64,000 bases of DNA from Bacteroidota bacterium (GTDB lineage: Bacteria > Bacteroidota > Ignavibacteria > Kapaibacteriales > UBA961): the NCBI GenBank assembly GCA_041191145.1, contig JBEEPK010000001.1, forward strand, positions 836 to 64,835. The letters run 5' to 3'. Within the stretch, counting starts at the first letter, position 1, and each line of letters begins with the position of its first letter. The translations under genes and the position numbers were made by a program. Of this stretch, positions 31,049-40,767 are shown one piece after another. Below the pieces are notes generated by a model, which was not told the DNA's origin, did not search any database, and saw only the letters and a list, made by a program, of their open reading frames with translations.

Positions 31049-33196
31049 ATGCAACTTTTCAGGACATTTTTCATATCAGTCTTTCTTGTGTTTGCAATAT
31101 CGGCTTCTTCATATTCACAAGATAATAAACCTACTTGGTTTATTGGTCCTTATGGTGCAATCATGCAAAGCATGCATTCCACAGGATTTAAAGATCTTCC
31201 GGGATATCCCTCATGCTGTTTTTCTGAAAGATCAGGTACCGGTATTGGATATGACATCGGAATATTACTTCGATTTCCCATTAATGAACAAATGAGTTTT
31301 CGATTTTTTGGGGGAATCAATACTCCTGGTGCAACAATTTCAAGTGATGAAAAGATCGGCAATCAATTCATACGCAATCCACAATTCCCATTTGATACAA
31401 TTGCTCGGGATATCACGGTTCGACACTCTATTGAATCCATGATCACTCAAATATCAGCAAGACCAATGTTATCGTTTACCTTGCCTTTTGGCGGAGATAT
31501 TTCTGCCGGAATCGGATTGAATTATGTGTTGAGTCAATCATTCAATCAAAAAGAAACATTGATATCACCTGATAATGTAGCATTCTTGGATGGAAGGGGA
31601 ATTCGCAATGACACTTTGGGAACAATCCCTGATCTTTCCTCTTTTCAAACAGCGGTATCAGTGGCATATTCATATGATTTACCAATATCAAACACTTCAC
31701 TTCTTGTTCCATTCATAGAATATCATTATCCACTCCAATCTCTTACATCATATGATTGGAATATCAGCAGAATTCAACTTGGTTTGGCATTGCAATTTGG
31801 AATTGTCCCAAGCAAAGAACCAAAAGTCATCATAGATACAGTGTATAGAAGAGATACTATCATCAGAGTTTCACCAATTGCAATAAATACATCAACCATT
31901 TTGAATGAAAGTCAAAAGGGATTTATCAAAGGTACAGTTAACAATGATATTCGCATTGATACAATCATGATTAGCGAAACATATCTGAAAACTTTGTTCA
32001 CCCCTCCCGAATATACAGGGAATCTCGTGGTATATGGTCTCGATGAAAAAGGTAAACGAACTTCAAAGCCAACGATTAGAATTGAAGAATGGGAACAAAT
32101 TGAGACATTCCCATTGCTGCCATATATCTATTTTGAGGAAGGTTCATCTGACCTTGGTGGAACCAAGCAAAGACTTTTGTTACCCTCTCAAGCAGGATTA
32201 TTCAATGAAGATTCATTGCCATCTTCAACACTTGACATATATCGAGACATATTGAATATCATTGGAAGTAGAGCCAAAGCATCTTCAGCATCATTTGATA
32301 TATCGGGTTTCACCAATACCTTAATTGAGGATGATGTCCCCGGGATCACACTCCAAAGAGCAAAGAATATACAGTCTTATATGCAAGCCATTTGGGGCAT
32401 TAGCTCTAATAAGATCTCCATAAATACCGGAAAATTACCCCGCACACCAACAAATCCATCGACACTAGATGGTCAACAAGAAAATGCGAGAGCAGAAATC
32501 ACATCGAAGGATCCCAATTTATTGAGTCCATTGAAGAAAAGAACAATCACCCGCACCATGAATCCACCAATTTTGGTCATTCAACCAAGGATTCAAGCAG
32601 GTGATGCAATCAAATCTTGGGAAATCATCATTGCGGATGGAGAACAAATAGTACAAACGTTTAGAGGAAATGGCAAAATCCCCGATAGTACTTTTACATG
32701 GACAATTTCTCCATCGAGTCAAATGTCAAATAAACCTCTTTCAGTCAAATTACTAGCCATAGATACGATTGGGAATAATCATTCTTGGAATACAGATGTT
32801 CAAACAGAAAGAGTTACACTTCGCAAAAAGCAGGAATTACGCATCAATGATACATTAATCGAGCGATTTGCCTTGATTCTCTTTGATTTTGACAAATCAA
32901 GTCTTAGTTCCTCGAATCAGAATATTGCCAATTCCATAAAGCAGTCCATACAGTCAAATTCCACTGTAACCATCACAGGTTATACGGACAGAACAGGAGA
33001 TTCCTCTTATAATCAAGTTTTATCCGAAGAGCGCTGTAAACAAGTGAGTCAATATCTTGGTCTTTCAGCTGGAACATACTCCATCATACCAATGGGTGGA
33101 AAAGAGATTCCTTTTGAAAATGACTCACCTCAAGGAAGGGCTTATTCAAGAACTGTCATGATCGAAGTTAAAACACCAATGAAAGAAAGGAAATAA
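31049..33196 (+). CDS. OmpA family outer-membrane protein with N-terminal beta-barrel and tandem OmpA-like domains
   Basis: A signal peptide is followed by two OmpA-like segments, LLPYIYFEEGSSDLGGTKQRLL and FDFDKSSLSSSNQNIANSIK...ITGYTDRTGDSSYNQVLSEERCKQVSQYL. Confidence 0.8.
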   Translation: MQLFRTFFISVFLVFAISASSYSQDNKPTWFIGPYGAIMQSMHSTGFKDLPGYPSCCFSERSGTGIGYDIGILLRFPINEQMSFRFFGGINTPGATISSDEKIGNQFIRNPQFPFDTIARDITVRHSIESMITQISARPMLSFTLPFGGDISAGIGLNYVLSQSFNQKETLISPDNVAFLDGRGIRNDTLGTIPDLSSFQTAVSVAYSYDLPISNTSLLVPFIEYHYPLQSLTSYDWNISRIQLGLALQFGIVPSKEPKVIIDTVYRRDTIIRVSPIAINTSTILNESQKGFIKGTVNNDIRIDTIMISETYLKTLFTPPEYTGNLVVYGLDEKGKRTSKPTIRIEEWEQIETFPLLPYIYFEEGSSDLGGTKQRLLLPSQAGLFNEDSLPSSTLDIYRDILNIIGSRAKASSASFDISGFTNTLIEDDVPGITLQRAKNIQSYMQAIWGISSNKISINTGKLPRTPTNPSTLDGQQENARAEITSKDPNLLSPLKKRTITRTMNPPILVIQPRIQAGDAIKSWEIIIADGEQIVQTFRGNGKIPDSTFTWTISPSSQMSNKPLSVKLLAIDTIGNNHSWNTDVQTERVTLRKKQELRINDTLIERFALILFDFDKSSLSSSNQNIANSIKQSIQSNSTVTITGYTDRTGDSSYNQVLSEERCKQVSQYLGLSAGTYSIIPMGGKEIPFENDSPQGRAYSRTVMIEVKTPMKERK

Positions 33197-33280
33197 TACA
33201 TATTTCTCTACGGGATTTCATGCCAAATCTCTAACTTTGCCGATTAAAATTCTCAATGTTCCCGCTTTGGATCTTACCTC

Positions 33281-34549
33281 ATGTCGTATGAAAAATTAAA
33301 TACACCTCAACAAGGTGAAAAAATCACTGTTCAACCTGATGGATCTCTTAATGTTCCAAATAATCCAATCATCCCATTCATAGAAGGTGATGGGACTGGT
33401 CCGGATATTTGGGCTGCTTCTGTCAAAGTACTTGATGCCGCAGTTGAAAAAGCATATGGCGGTTCAAAAAAAATCGAGTGGTTTGAGGTATTTGCAGGCG
33501 AAAAGTCAAATGAGGTCTATGGACCCAATACTTGGCTTCCTGAAGACACATTAAAAGCTCTTCGTGAATATGTTGTTGGAATCAAAGGTCCTCTCACAAC
33601 TCCGGTTGGCGGTGGCATTCGCTCCATCAATGTTGCTCTCCGTCAATTGATGGATTTATATGTTTGCTTAAGACCAGTCCGATATTTTCAAGGCGTACCT
33701 TCTCCTGTGAAGCGTCCGGAACTTGTGGACATGATTATTTTCCGTGAAAATACGGAAGACATCTATGCGGGTATAGAATTCAAAGCAGGTGCCGAGGATA
33801 CTGCTTCCCTTCTATCATTTCTAGAGACTTCTTTTCCTGCTTTTCATAAAAAGATTCGCTTCGGTGCCGAAGCCCCTGATCTTGTGGGTCTAGGAATTAA
33901 ACCGGTTTCAGCTCCAGGTTCCAAACGCCTCATTCGTGCCGCTTTGAAATATGCCATCAGTCAGAATCGTAAGAGTTTGACATTGGTTCATAAAGGCAAT
34001 ATCATGAAATTCACGGAAGGAGCATTCAGAGATTGGGGTTATGAACTCGTCAAAGAGGAATTCTCTGATATAGCAATAGGCTGGGATGATTGTGGTGGAA
34101 ACCCCGGTGACAAATTATTGGTAAAAGATTCAATAGCGGATGCTTTTCTTCAGCAGATTTTGACAAGGCCTGCCGAATATGATGTAATAGCTACTTTGAA
34201 TCTCAATGGTGATTATATCAGTGATGCTCTTGCTGCTCAAGTAGGTGGAATCGGTATTGCACCGGGTGCAAATATCAATTATGATAATGGATATGCCATC
34301 TTCGAAGCAACACATGGTACTGCGCCCAAATATGCAGGTCTCGACAAAGTAAATCCGGGTTCCGTGATTCTTTCCGGTGAGATGATGTTCCGTTATTTGG
34401 GTTGGAATGAGGCCGCTGATCTTATCATCAAAGGAATGGATGGCGCTATTTCTGCAAAAACCGTTACATATGATTTTGCTCGTTTGATGGATGGAGCTAC
34501 CGAAGTATCGTGTTCCGCATTTGGTGATGCCATCATTCAACACATGTAA
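33281..34549 (+). CDS. icd: NADP-dependent isocitrate dehydrogenase (homodimeric prokaryotic type)
   Basis: It is colinear with E. coli Icd, including [74 protein letters not shown] and [11 protein letters not shown]. Confidence 0.97.
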   Translation: MSYEKLNTPQQGEKITVQPDGSLNVPNNPIIPFIEGDGTGPDIWAASVKVLDAAVEKAYGGSKKIEWFEVFAGEKSNEVYGPNTWLPEDTLKALREYVVGIKGPLTTPVGGGIRSINVALRQLMDLYVCLRPVRYFQGVPSPVKRPELVDMIIFRENTEDIYAGIEFKAGAEDTASLLSFLETSFPAFHKKIRFGAEAPDLVGLGIKPVSAPGSKRLIRAALKYAISQNRKSLTLVHKGNIMKFTEGAFRDWGYELVKEEFSDIAIGWDDCGGNPGDKLLVKDSIADAFLQQILTRPAEYDVIATLNLNGDYISDALAAQVGGIGIAPGANINYDNGYAIFEATHGTAPKYAGLDKVNPGSVILSGEMMFRYLGWNEAADLIIKGMDGAISAKTVTYDFARLMDGATEVSCSAFGDAIIQHM

Positions 34550-34571
34550 TTATTCGCAATGAAGTCTTTGG

Positions 34572-34618
34572 GGAGACGCGATACAGCAATGCACTCGCGT
34601 CTCCTTTTCTTTTTTATT
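34572..34618 (+). terminator. Rho-independent terminator after icd
   Basis: A 9-bp stem ggagacgcg/cgcgtctcc with a 15-nt loop is followed by ttttcttttttattt. Confidence 0.7.
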
Positions 34619-34652
34619 TGCTCTTTTATTCACAACATAATGCTCTTTGATC

Positions 34653-36254
34653 ATGGCTGCTAAGAAAACGAAATACATTTTCATTTCAGGTGGTGTTCTC
34701 TCTTCACTTGGAAAAGGAATTGCTTCCGCCTCCCTTGGTTTACTTTTGAAACAAAGGGGTTTATCGGTTACGATCATGAAATTTGATCCATATATCAATG
34801 TGGATCCCGGGACAATGAACCCTCAACAACATGGTGAGGTCTATGTAACAGATGATGGAGCCGAATGCGATCTCGATCTCGGACATTATGAGCGCTATCT
34901 TGATGTTGATGGAACGAGATCTAATTCCGTTTCTTCCGGTCAAGTGTATTTTGAAGTGATTCAAAGAGAACGTCAAGGACAATATCTTGGTAAAACCGTA
35001 CAAGTGATTCCGCATATCACCGATGAAATCAAGAGACGCATGACAATTTATGATAAACTATTTGATATTGTCATTATCGAGATTGGTGGAACTGTCGGAG
35101 ACATTGAGTCCTTGCCATTCATGGAATCTGTACGTCAGTTATGCATGGAGAAAGGTCCAAAAAGTACACTGAACATTCATTTGACTTATGTTCCTTATAT
35201 CAAATCTGCCGGGGAGTTAAAAACAAAACCAACGCAACATTCAGTTAAAATGTTGATGGAAATGGGTATCAGACCGGATATTCTCCTCTGCCGAACTGAG
35301 CAACCAATCAATAAAGAACTGAAAAGTAAGATTGCGCTCTTCTGTAATGTGGAAGAAGATTCTGTCATCGAGGTGCTCGATGCAGAAACCATATATGAAG
35401 TACCTCTTAGTCTTGCGAAACGCAATCTAGATCAAATCGTTCTCAAGAAATTTTCAATGTCACTCGGCAAATTGGACATGGACACATGGTCCAAATTTGT
35501 TAATCGCATCAAGCAACCCAAGCATACTGTTCATATCGGATTGATCGGAAAATACAATCAAGTGAAAGATTCATACAAAAGTATTCTAGAAGCTTTCGTT
35601 CACGCGGGTGCCATCAATAATGCCAAAGTTGAAATCACTTGGATTGATTCTGAAAATATCAATAAAACGAGTGTGACAAGCACCCTGAAAGGGATGCAGG
35701 GAATTCTTGTGGCACCGGGTTTTGGATCAAGAGGTATTGAAGGAAAGATTGAAGCAATTAGATATGCCAGAGAAAACAAAATACCCTTCTTTGGTATCTG
35801 TCTTGGAATGCAATGTGCCGTTATTGAATTCGCCCGTAATGTTGCAGGAATAAAAGATGCACATTCGGCCGAATTCAAAAAAGGAAAAGATTTGGTGATA
35901 CACCTGATGTCAGCACAAAAACAAGTAACAGACAAAGGTGGAACCATGAGACTTGGTTCCTATCCATGTACCATTCGCAAGGGCACCATTGCTCATGCGG
36001 CTTATGGGGTGGATTCGATTCAGGAAAGACATAGACATCGCTATGAATTCAATAATGCATATCGCAAGACATTGGAAGATCATGGTATGAAACTAAGCGG
36101 TGTATCTCCTGATACAACATTGGTGGAAATCATCGAGTTAAAAAATCACCCATGGTTTGTCGGCGTGCAATTTCATCCTGAATATAAGTCAAGAGCCGTA
36201 AAAGGACATCCCCTCTTCATTAGTTTTGTCAAAGCAGCAATGCAAATAAAATAA
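34653..36254 (+). CDS. pyrG: CTP synthase
   Basis: It has [23 protein letters not shown] and a glutamine amidotransferase C-domain [17 protein letters not shown] placed the start at ATG 34653. The ORF-track start at 34647 is a TTG two codons upstream. Confidence 0.97.
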   Translation: MAAKKTKYIFISGGVLSSLGKGIASASLGLLLKQRGLSVTIMKFDPYINVDPGTMNPQQHGEVYVTDDGAECDLDLGHYERYLDVDGTRSNSVSSGQVYFEVIQRERQGQYLGKTVQVIPHITDEIKRRMTIYDKLFDIVIIEIGGTVGDIESLPFMESVRQLCMEKGPKSTLNIHLTYVPYIKSAGELKTKPTQHSVKMLMEMGIRPDILLCRTEQPINKELKSKIALFCNVEEDSVIEVLDAETIYEVPLSLAKRNLDQIVLKKFSMSLGKLDMDTWSKFVNRIKQPKHTVHIGLIGKYNQVKDSYKSILEAFVHAGAINNAKVEITWIDSENINKTSVTSTLKGMQGILVAPGFGSRGIEGKIEAIRYARENKIPFFGICLGMQCAVIEFARNVAGIKDAHSAEFKKGKDLVIHLMSAQKQVTDKGGTMRLGSYPCTIRKGTIAHAAYGVDSIQERHRHRYEFNNAYRKTLEDHGMKLSGVSPDTTLVEIIELKNHPWFVGVQFHPEYKSRAVKGHPLFISFVKAAMQIK

Positions 36255-37349
36255 TCATTGGAAAGTTTGACCTTTCCAATGAACATCTTTCTTGAGTAAA
36301 AGGAAGGCAACCATAATTTCCATATAAATCATGAATAGCATTCCCGGGACCATCCAAGGGATATGTTTGGTCCTTCTGAGTGCAAATAGCGTAGGCATCA
36401 CAATCATGCAGTCACCTATCACTCGCATGGCCAATATGCTAGCCATACCCGTCCAATCACTCATATACCCTGAGTATATGAGTGAAGTCCAAAAGACAAA
36501 TGCAAAGAAGGCAAAAAGATATTTTTTCCATCCCAATGCATCCGAGCCACGGACCCATCTATGTTGTTGACTCACAAAGCTCTTCCAATCCGGGCAAGGT
36601 TCAGTACTGACGGCATTGGAATGATGACATGGATATAAAATTCCATACCCCGCCTTTGAGACTCCGGTCAATAATTGCAAATCCTCTGTTACTGAAAATT
36701 TGATACCGGCATAACCACCAACTGCATTATAGACAGATTTTCTGATTGATAAATTATTACCAAAACACCCAAGTGGATGTCCGAGCGACATAGCTGCAGA
36801 TGCCAATGTATGATTCATCATCCACTCCATATCCTGCAAATGATGAAATGGTGTTCTTGTATGCACTGTAGTGAATCCTGCAATCATTCCGATTGTAGGA
36901 TTTGAATATGCATGCGCAATTGTTCGTACCCAATCCTCAGGGAATGTGCAATCGGCATCAGACATTATGATGATCTCACCTTTTGCAAAAGATATTCCCG
37001 CATGCAAGGCACCAGGTTTACCACGCAAATTGCCGAATCGCTCTTGGGTTAACTGAACTGACTTTATTCTGCTGTCTTTCGCAGAAAAAGCATCAATTAT
37101 TTCTTGAGTGGCATCATTTGATCGATCATTGACAATGATGAATTCAATTGTTGGATCAGTGTTTTTTAGGAGAGATTCCAGACAGAATGGCAATGCTTCT
37201 TGTTCATTTCTTGCCGGAATGACAATTGAAACGATTTCATTCAATAAAGAATGTGTAGGAAGAAGAATGCGTCTTGATCGAGCCGCACCATAGACAAAAA
37301 CAAGAGTTTTTGCCGCAAAAAGCAGGAGAACGAAATCAATCAATGACAT
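36255..37349 (-). CDS. Membrane-bound family-2 glycosyltransferase
   Basis: It has IVIPARNEQEALPFCLESLL, IVNDRSNDAT and MSDADCTF (DxD), with TM helices at both ends. I chose the start at Met-47 (37349) to avoid a 95-nt overlap with ugd. Its stop codon abuts the pyrG stop with zero intergenic bases. Confidence 0.75.
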   Translation of the reverse strand: MSLIDFVLLLFAAKTLVFVYGAARSRRILLPTHSLLNEIVSIVIPARNEQEALPFCLESLLKNTDPTIEFIIVNDRSNDATQEIIDAFSAKDSRIKSVQLTQERFGNLRGKPGALHAGISFAKGEIIIMSDADCTFPEDWVRTIAHAYSNPTIGMIAGFTTVHTRTPFHHLQDMEWMMNHTLASAAMSLGHPLGCFGNNLSIRKSVYNAVGGYAGIKFSVTEDLQLLTGVSKAGYGILYPCHHSNAVSTEPCPDWKSFVSQQHRWVRGSDALGWKKYLFAFFAFVFWTSLIYSGYMSDWTGMASILAMRVIGDCMIVMPTLFALRRTKHIPWMVPGMLFMIYMEIMVAFLLLKKDVHWKGQTFQ

Positions 37350-37392
37350 AGAATCGTTCAATGAGATGTAAAAAGCAAAATCAGGATTATGC

Positions 37393-38733
37393 TCAAGATA
37401 TAATACCGGTTGCCAATCTACCGATACTATGATATTCAAATCCTTCAGAGGCGATTGTTTCAGGATCGAATAAATTTCTACCATCAAAAATCAATGGCTG
37501 CTTCAATGATGCCCGCAATACGGAAAAATCAGGCTTACGGAATTCATTCCACTCTGTTGCGATGATCAATACATCAGCATCTTTCAATGTATCATATGCA
37601 GAATTTGCATAGTGAAGAGCATCGCCATAAATGGACTTGGTATTGGGCATTGCTTCCGGATCATAGGCAGATATATTCGCACCAACTTCCAATAATCTAT
37701 CGATGATTGTATAAGCAGGAGCTTCACGAACATCATCCGTATTGGGTTTAAATGACAATCCCCATAATGCAATTTTTGCATTTTTTGCCGAATTCAATCT
37801 ATTGATGATCTTCTCCACAAATCGATTGATTTGTCTCGCATTTGCTTCTTCGACGGCATGAATGATTCCAAGCGGAGTACCGACTGCATCAGTGGAATGT
37901 AATAGTGCTTTCACATCTTTGGGGAAACAACTTCCGCCATAACCAATTCCTGCAAAGAGGAATCGCTTACCTATGCGTGAGTCAGAACCAATTCCTATGC
38001 GAATATTTTCGATGTCCGCACCAATTGTTTCACAATACTCAGAAAGTTCATTCATAAATGAAATACGCATTGCCAAAAAACAATTTGCTGCATATTTGGT
38101 GATTTCAGCACTCTTCTCATCCATCACATAAATTGGATTTCCACTGCGCAAGAATGGCTCATATAAATCACGCATCTCATCTTCAGCGCGATCATTGGAA
38201 GTACCAACAACGACACGATCTGGTTTCATGAAATCTTCAACAGCAAATCCTTCTCTCAAAAATTCAGGATTACTCACAACTTCGATATCATAACCAGGAG
38301 CATAATTTCTACAAATCATGCGAACTTTGTCTGCTGTCCCAACGGGTACCGTACTTTTATTGACCAATATTCGAAAATCAGTGATATTTTCTTTCTTAAT
38401 GATTTCAGCAATATTTTTCGCAGCATCCATCACATAATTCAAATCAGCAGAACCATCTTCTCCCGGAGGAGTGGGCAAGCACAAAAACAAAATTGCGCAT
38501 TGTTTTACCGCATGCTCCAAATTCGTTGAGAATTTCAAGCGACCATTGCTAATATTCCTTTCGAGCAAATGTTCAAGACCAGGTTCATAAATTGGCATCT
38601 TGCCTTGTTGCAATGTTTCAACTTTATGTTGATCCACATCAATGCAGAGAACACTATTCCCACTTTCAGCAAAACAAGTTCCGGTAACTAGTCCTACATA
38701 TCCTGTGCCGATGATTCCGATCGTTTGTGACAT
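37393..38733 (-). CDS. ugd: UDP-glucose 6-dehydrogenase
   Basis: It has the NAD-binding N-terminus IGIIGTGYVGLVTGTCFAESG, the catalytic Cys region GGSCFPKD, and the UDPG_MGDP_dh C-terminal domain. Confidence 0.9.
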   Translation of the reverse strand: MSQTIGIIGTGYVGLVTGTCFAESGNSVLCIDVDQHKVETLQQGKMPIYEPGLEHLLERNISNGRLKFSTNLEHAVKQCAILFLCLPTPPGEDGSADLNYVMDAAKNIAEIIKKENITDFRILVNKSTVPVGTADKVRMICRNYAPGYDIEVVSNPEFLREGFAVEDFMKPDRVVVGTSNDRAEDEMRDLYEPFLRSGNPIYVMDEKSAEITKYAANCFLAMRISFMNELSEYCETIGADIENIRIGIGSDSRIGKRFLFAGIGYGGSCFPKDVKALLHSTDAVGTPLGIIHAVEEANARQINRFVEKIINRLNSAKNAKIALWGLSFKPNTDDVREAPAYTIIDRLLEVGANISAYDPEAMPNTKSIYGDALHYANSAYDTLKDADVLIIATEWNEFRKPDFSVLRASLKQPLIFDGRNLFDPETIASEGFEYHSIGRLATGIIS

Positions 38734-38734
38734 A

Positions 38735-38917
38735 TCAAGGTTGATTGAGAAGTTTCAAAATGACGAGCGCAAGTATGATGAGCGCGAAAAGAGACAGTGC
38801 AAATTTAATGAAACTGCGTGCCACTTTCAGCACAATTAAGAGCAGAATTATCCCAAGGATGATTATGAGATAAATAGGCAAACTTTCCACAAATAGGATG
38901 ATTTTGTCAAATTCCAT
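38735..38917 (-). CDS. Small (60-aa) hydrophobic membrane protein, hypothetical
   Basis: It is almost entirely two TM helices (LPIYLIIILGIILLLIVL and FALSLFALIILALVIL). Its stop lies 1 nt before the ugd start. No homology was recognised. Confidence 0.35.
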   Translation of the reverse strand: MEFDKIILFVESLPIYLIIILGIILLLIVLKVARSFIKFALSLFALIILALVILKLLNQP

Positions 38918-38928
38918 CTTATTCAGGC

Positions 38929-39690
38929 CTAATTTGGCTTAAATGTAAAGGTAATGGTACCGGTCATTTGTATATCTGAATCCAATCGATTGAATTTCCA
39001 TTTTTTTAATGTCTTGAGTGAAACCGATTCCAAACTTGGATCACCCTTCGTCATAGGACGCATATCGCCTACCGTACCATCCGATAAAACAGTAAAACGA
39101 ATCTTGATTGAGACCAATCTATCGAGATTTCCGGGACTTGGTGGCAATATCTTGTTTAAGACGGTGCGATTTCCCCCTCCACCCCATTCAATATCACCCA
39201 AACCCATTCCTTTTCCGGGCCCAGTCCCCTTTTCTCCCAATCCTGTACCATTTCCACTCCCTGCACCAACAGCTCTGCCCTGTCCTTTAGAAGAATCCGT
39301 GTCAGATTTGTTCGTGGCTGATACATTACTTTTGGCAATTGGATTCGATGTTGACAAAGGATCTTTTGCCGATGATGATGATTTGACTTTTCCAGCATCT
39401 TCAAGCGGGTTTTGAGGCTTTGTTCCTGAAGACTTGGCACCTTCTTTTGCAAGATTACCCTTGCTCCTGCCCGTTCCATCTCCATCACCGAAATTCAACA
39501 ATATGACTGGACTATAATTGACTTCTTTTTTATATGGCTCAATGACAATACTGGTCTGAGAGAACCAAAAGAGTAGAACAAACATGAGCAACAATGCAAT
39601 GAAAAATCCCCGTGCTGCATAACGATCCCAGAGCACTCTAATGCTATATGTGAACTGGGTTTCATTATATCGCTCTCTCAATGACATCAC
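38929..39690 (-). CDS. TonB family protein (N-terminal TM anchor, Gly/Ser/Pro-rich linker, C-terminal TonB domain)
   Basis: A TM helix FFIALLLMFVLLFWF precedes a low-complexity G/S/K linker and a C-terminal LVSIKIRFTVLSDGTVGDMRPMTKGDPSLESVSLKTLKKWKFN resembling TonB_C. Confidence 0.7.
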   Translation of the reverse strand: MMSLRERYNETQFTYSIRVLWDRYAARGFFIALLLMFVLLFWFSQTSIVIEPYKKEVNYSPVILLNFGDGDGTGRSKGNLAKEGAKSSGTKPQNPLEDAGKVKSSSSAKDPLSTSNPIAKSNVSATNKSDTDSSKGQGRAVGAGSGNGTGLGEKGTGPGKGMGLGDIEWGGGGNRTVLNKILPPSPGNLDRLVSIKIRFTVLSDGTVGDMRPMTKGDPSLESVSLKTLKKWKFNRLDSDIQMTGTITFTFKPN

Positions 39691-39694
39691 TTAC

Positions 39695-40753
39695 TCACTT
39701 TACTCTATCTACCCATGAATTGGAATATCCGGCTTTCTTTGCAGCACCTTGTGCTTGTTTTCTATCTTCGAAAGAACCGAAACGAACACGATACCATGTT
39801 TTGCCATTTAATGATTTCTTACTAATTGAGGCAGAAGAAATCCCTTTCGATTGTAAATTCTTCAGTGCTTTATCAGCTTCTTGTTTGGAGATGCTAGAGA
39901 GTACTTGCACAGAATATTCTTCACCTGAAGTATTCTTTATTTCCTTCTTGATTTCCTGATTCTTTTTGACTGGTTCTTTATCAATAAAGGTTTCACTCAG
40001 AACTTGATCTTGTTGACTTTGTTTTTGAGATGTGTTATTTTCTGGCTTCTTTTTCTCTTGATCTTTTTTCACGGGCTTTTGAGCAATTGCCTTCTCTTGT
40101 TTTTTCTTTATTTCTGGTAAAGGTTTTTGTACTCTTGCCTTTTGCTGAATAATTTCATCTTTTTGTATGGATTCTGCCTGTTTAGCATTTTCCACTTCAC
40201 GATATTCCGGAAAAGTCTTTGCAGGAATAGGATCAGGTGGAACAACTTTCTTCTCAGGAGCTTTTGATTCTTCATTGATAATTTCATCGCTCCTTCCATT
40301 ATTACCGATATTCTGTCCTTGAGACATTTGCATTCTTGCTAAATAATCTTGAACTCTAGCAATTGAATCCTGCTCTATAGTAGTTGCTTGAGCCTGCTTC
40401 CGTGATTCTTCTTCCAATTCGGCAACTGTAACTGTGTCAACACTCGCAATCTGTTCGGGATTGTTTTCATTTCCTTCTTTGGATGGAATCATCATCCAAA
40501 TAATTGCTAATGCAGAAACAGTGGCAATTGCAATCAATGCCACTTTTTTTATACTAGTCTGTTCTTCTTCAGGCGGAACATCAGGTTGTACATAAGAAAT
40601 AAATCCTGAGCCGGACTCATTGGATTCACCTTTTTCGGGTGTTGATGTTGATTCACTTTCTGAAGACAATTTTGATTTGTCATGCAAAAAGGTTTGGTCA
40701 TCTGATTCACCAAAACCGCCAAATTCATCATGTGGATTTTGTTGATTACTCAT
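39695..40753 (-). CDS. SPOR domain-containing membrane protein
   Basis: It has an N-terminal acidic region, a TM helix VALIAIATVSALAIIWMMI, a long K/E/Q-rich linker, and a C-terminal SPOR domain SISKKSLNGKTWYRVRFGSFEDRKQAQGAAKKAGYSNSWV. Confidence 0.75.
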   Translation of the reverse strand: MSNQQNPHDEFGGFGESDDQTFLHDKSKLSSESESTSTPEKGESNESGSGFISYVQPDVPPEEEQTSIKKVALIAIATVSALAIIWMMIPSKEGNENNPEQIASVDTVTVAELEEESRKQAQATTIEQDSIARVQDYLARMQMSQGQNIGNNGRSDEIINEESKAPEKKVVPPDPIPAKTFPEYREVENAKQAESIQKDEIIQQKARVQKPLPEIKKKQEKAIAQKPVKKDQEKKKPENNTSQKQSQQDQVLSETFIDKEPVKKNQEIKKEIKNTSGEEYSVQVLSSISKQEADKALKNLQSKGISSASISKKSLNGKTWYRVRFGSFEDRKQAQGAAKKAGYSNSWVDRVK

Positions 40754-40767
40754 AGTCTCTCTTCCTC

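Noticed and set aside
34647-34652. ORF-track TTG start for pyrG (MIMAAKK...)
   Set aside because: ATG at 34653 two codons downstream gives the canonical CTP synthase N-terminus. The TTG start was not adopted.
34550-34798. 82-aa minus-strand ORF spanning the icd terminator and the pyrG 5' end
   Set aside because: It is antisense to a strong terminator hairpin and to the pyrG start. It is almost certainly non-coding.
37350-37487. Longer GT2 start at 37487 overlapping ugd by 95 nt
   Set aside because: An internal Met at 37349 immediately precedes the first TM helix and avoids the long overlap. The longer form is possible but less parsimonious.
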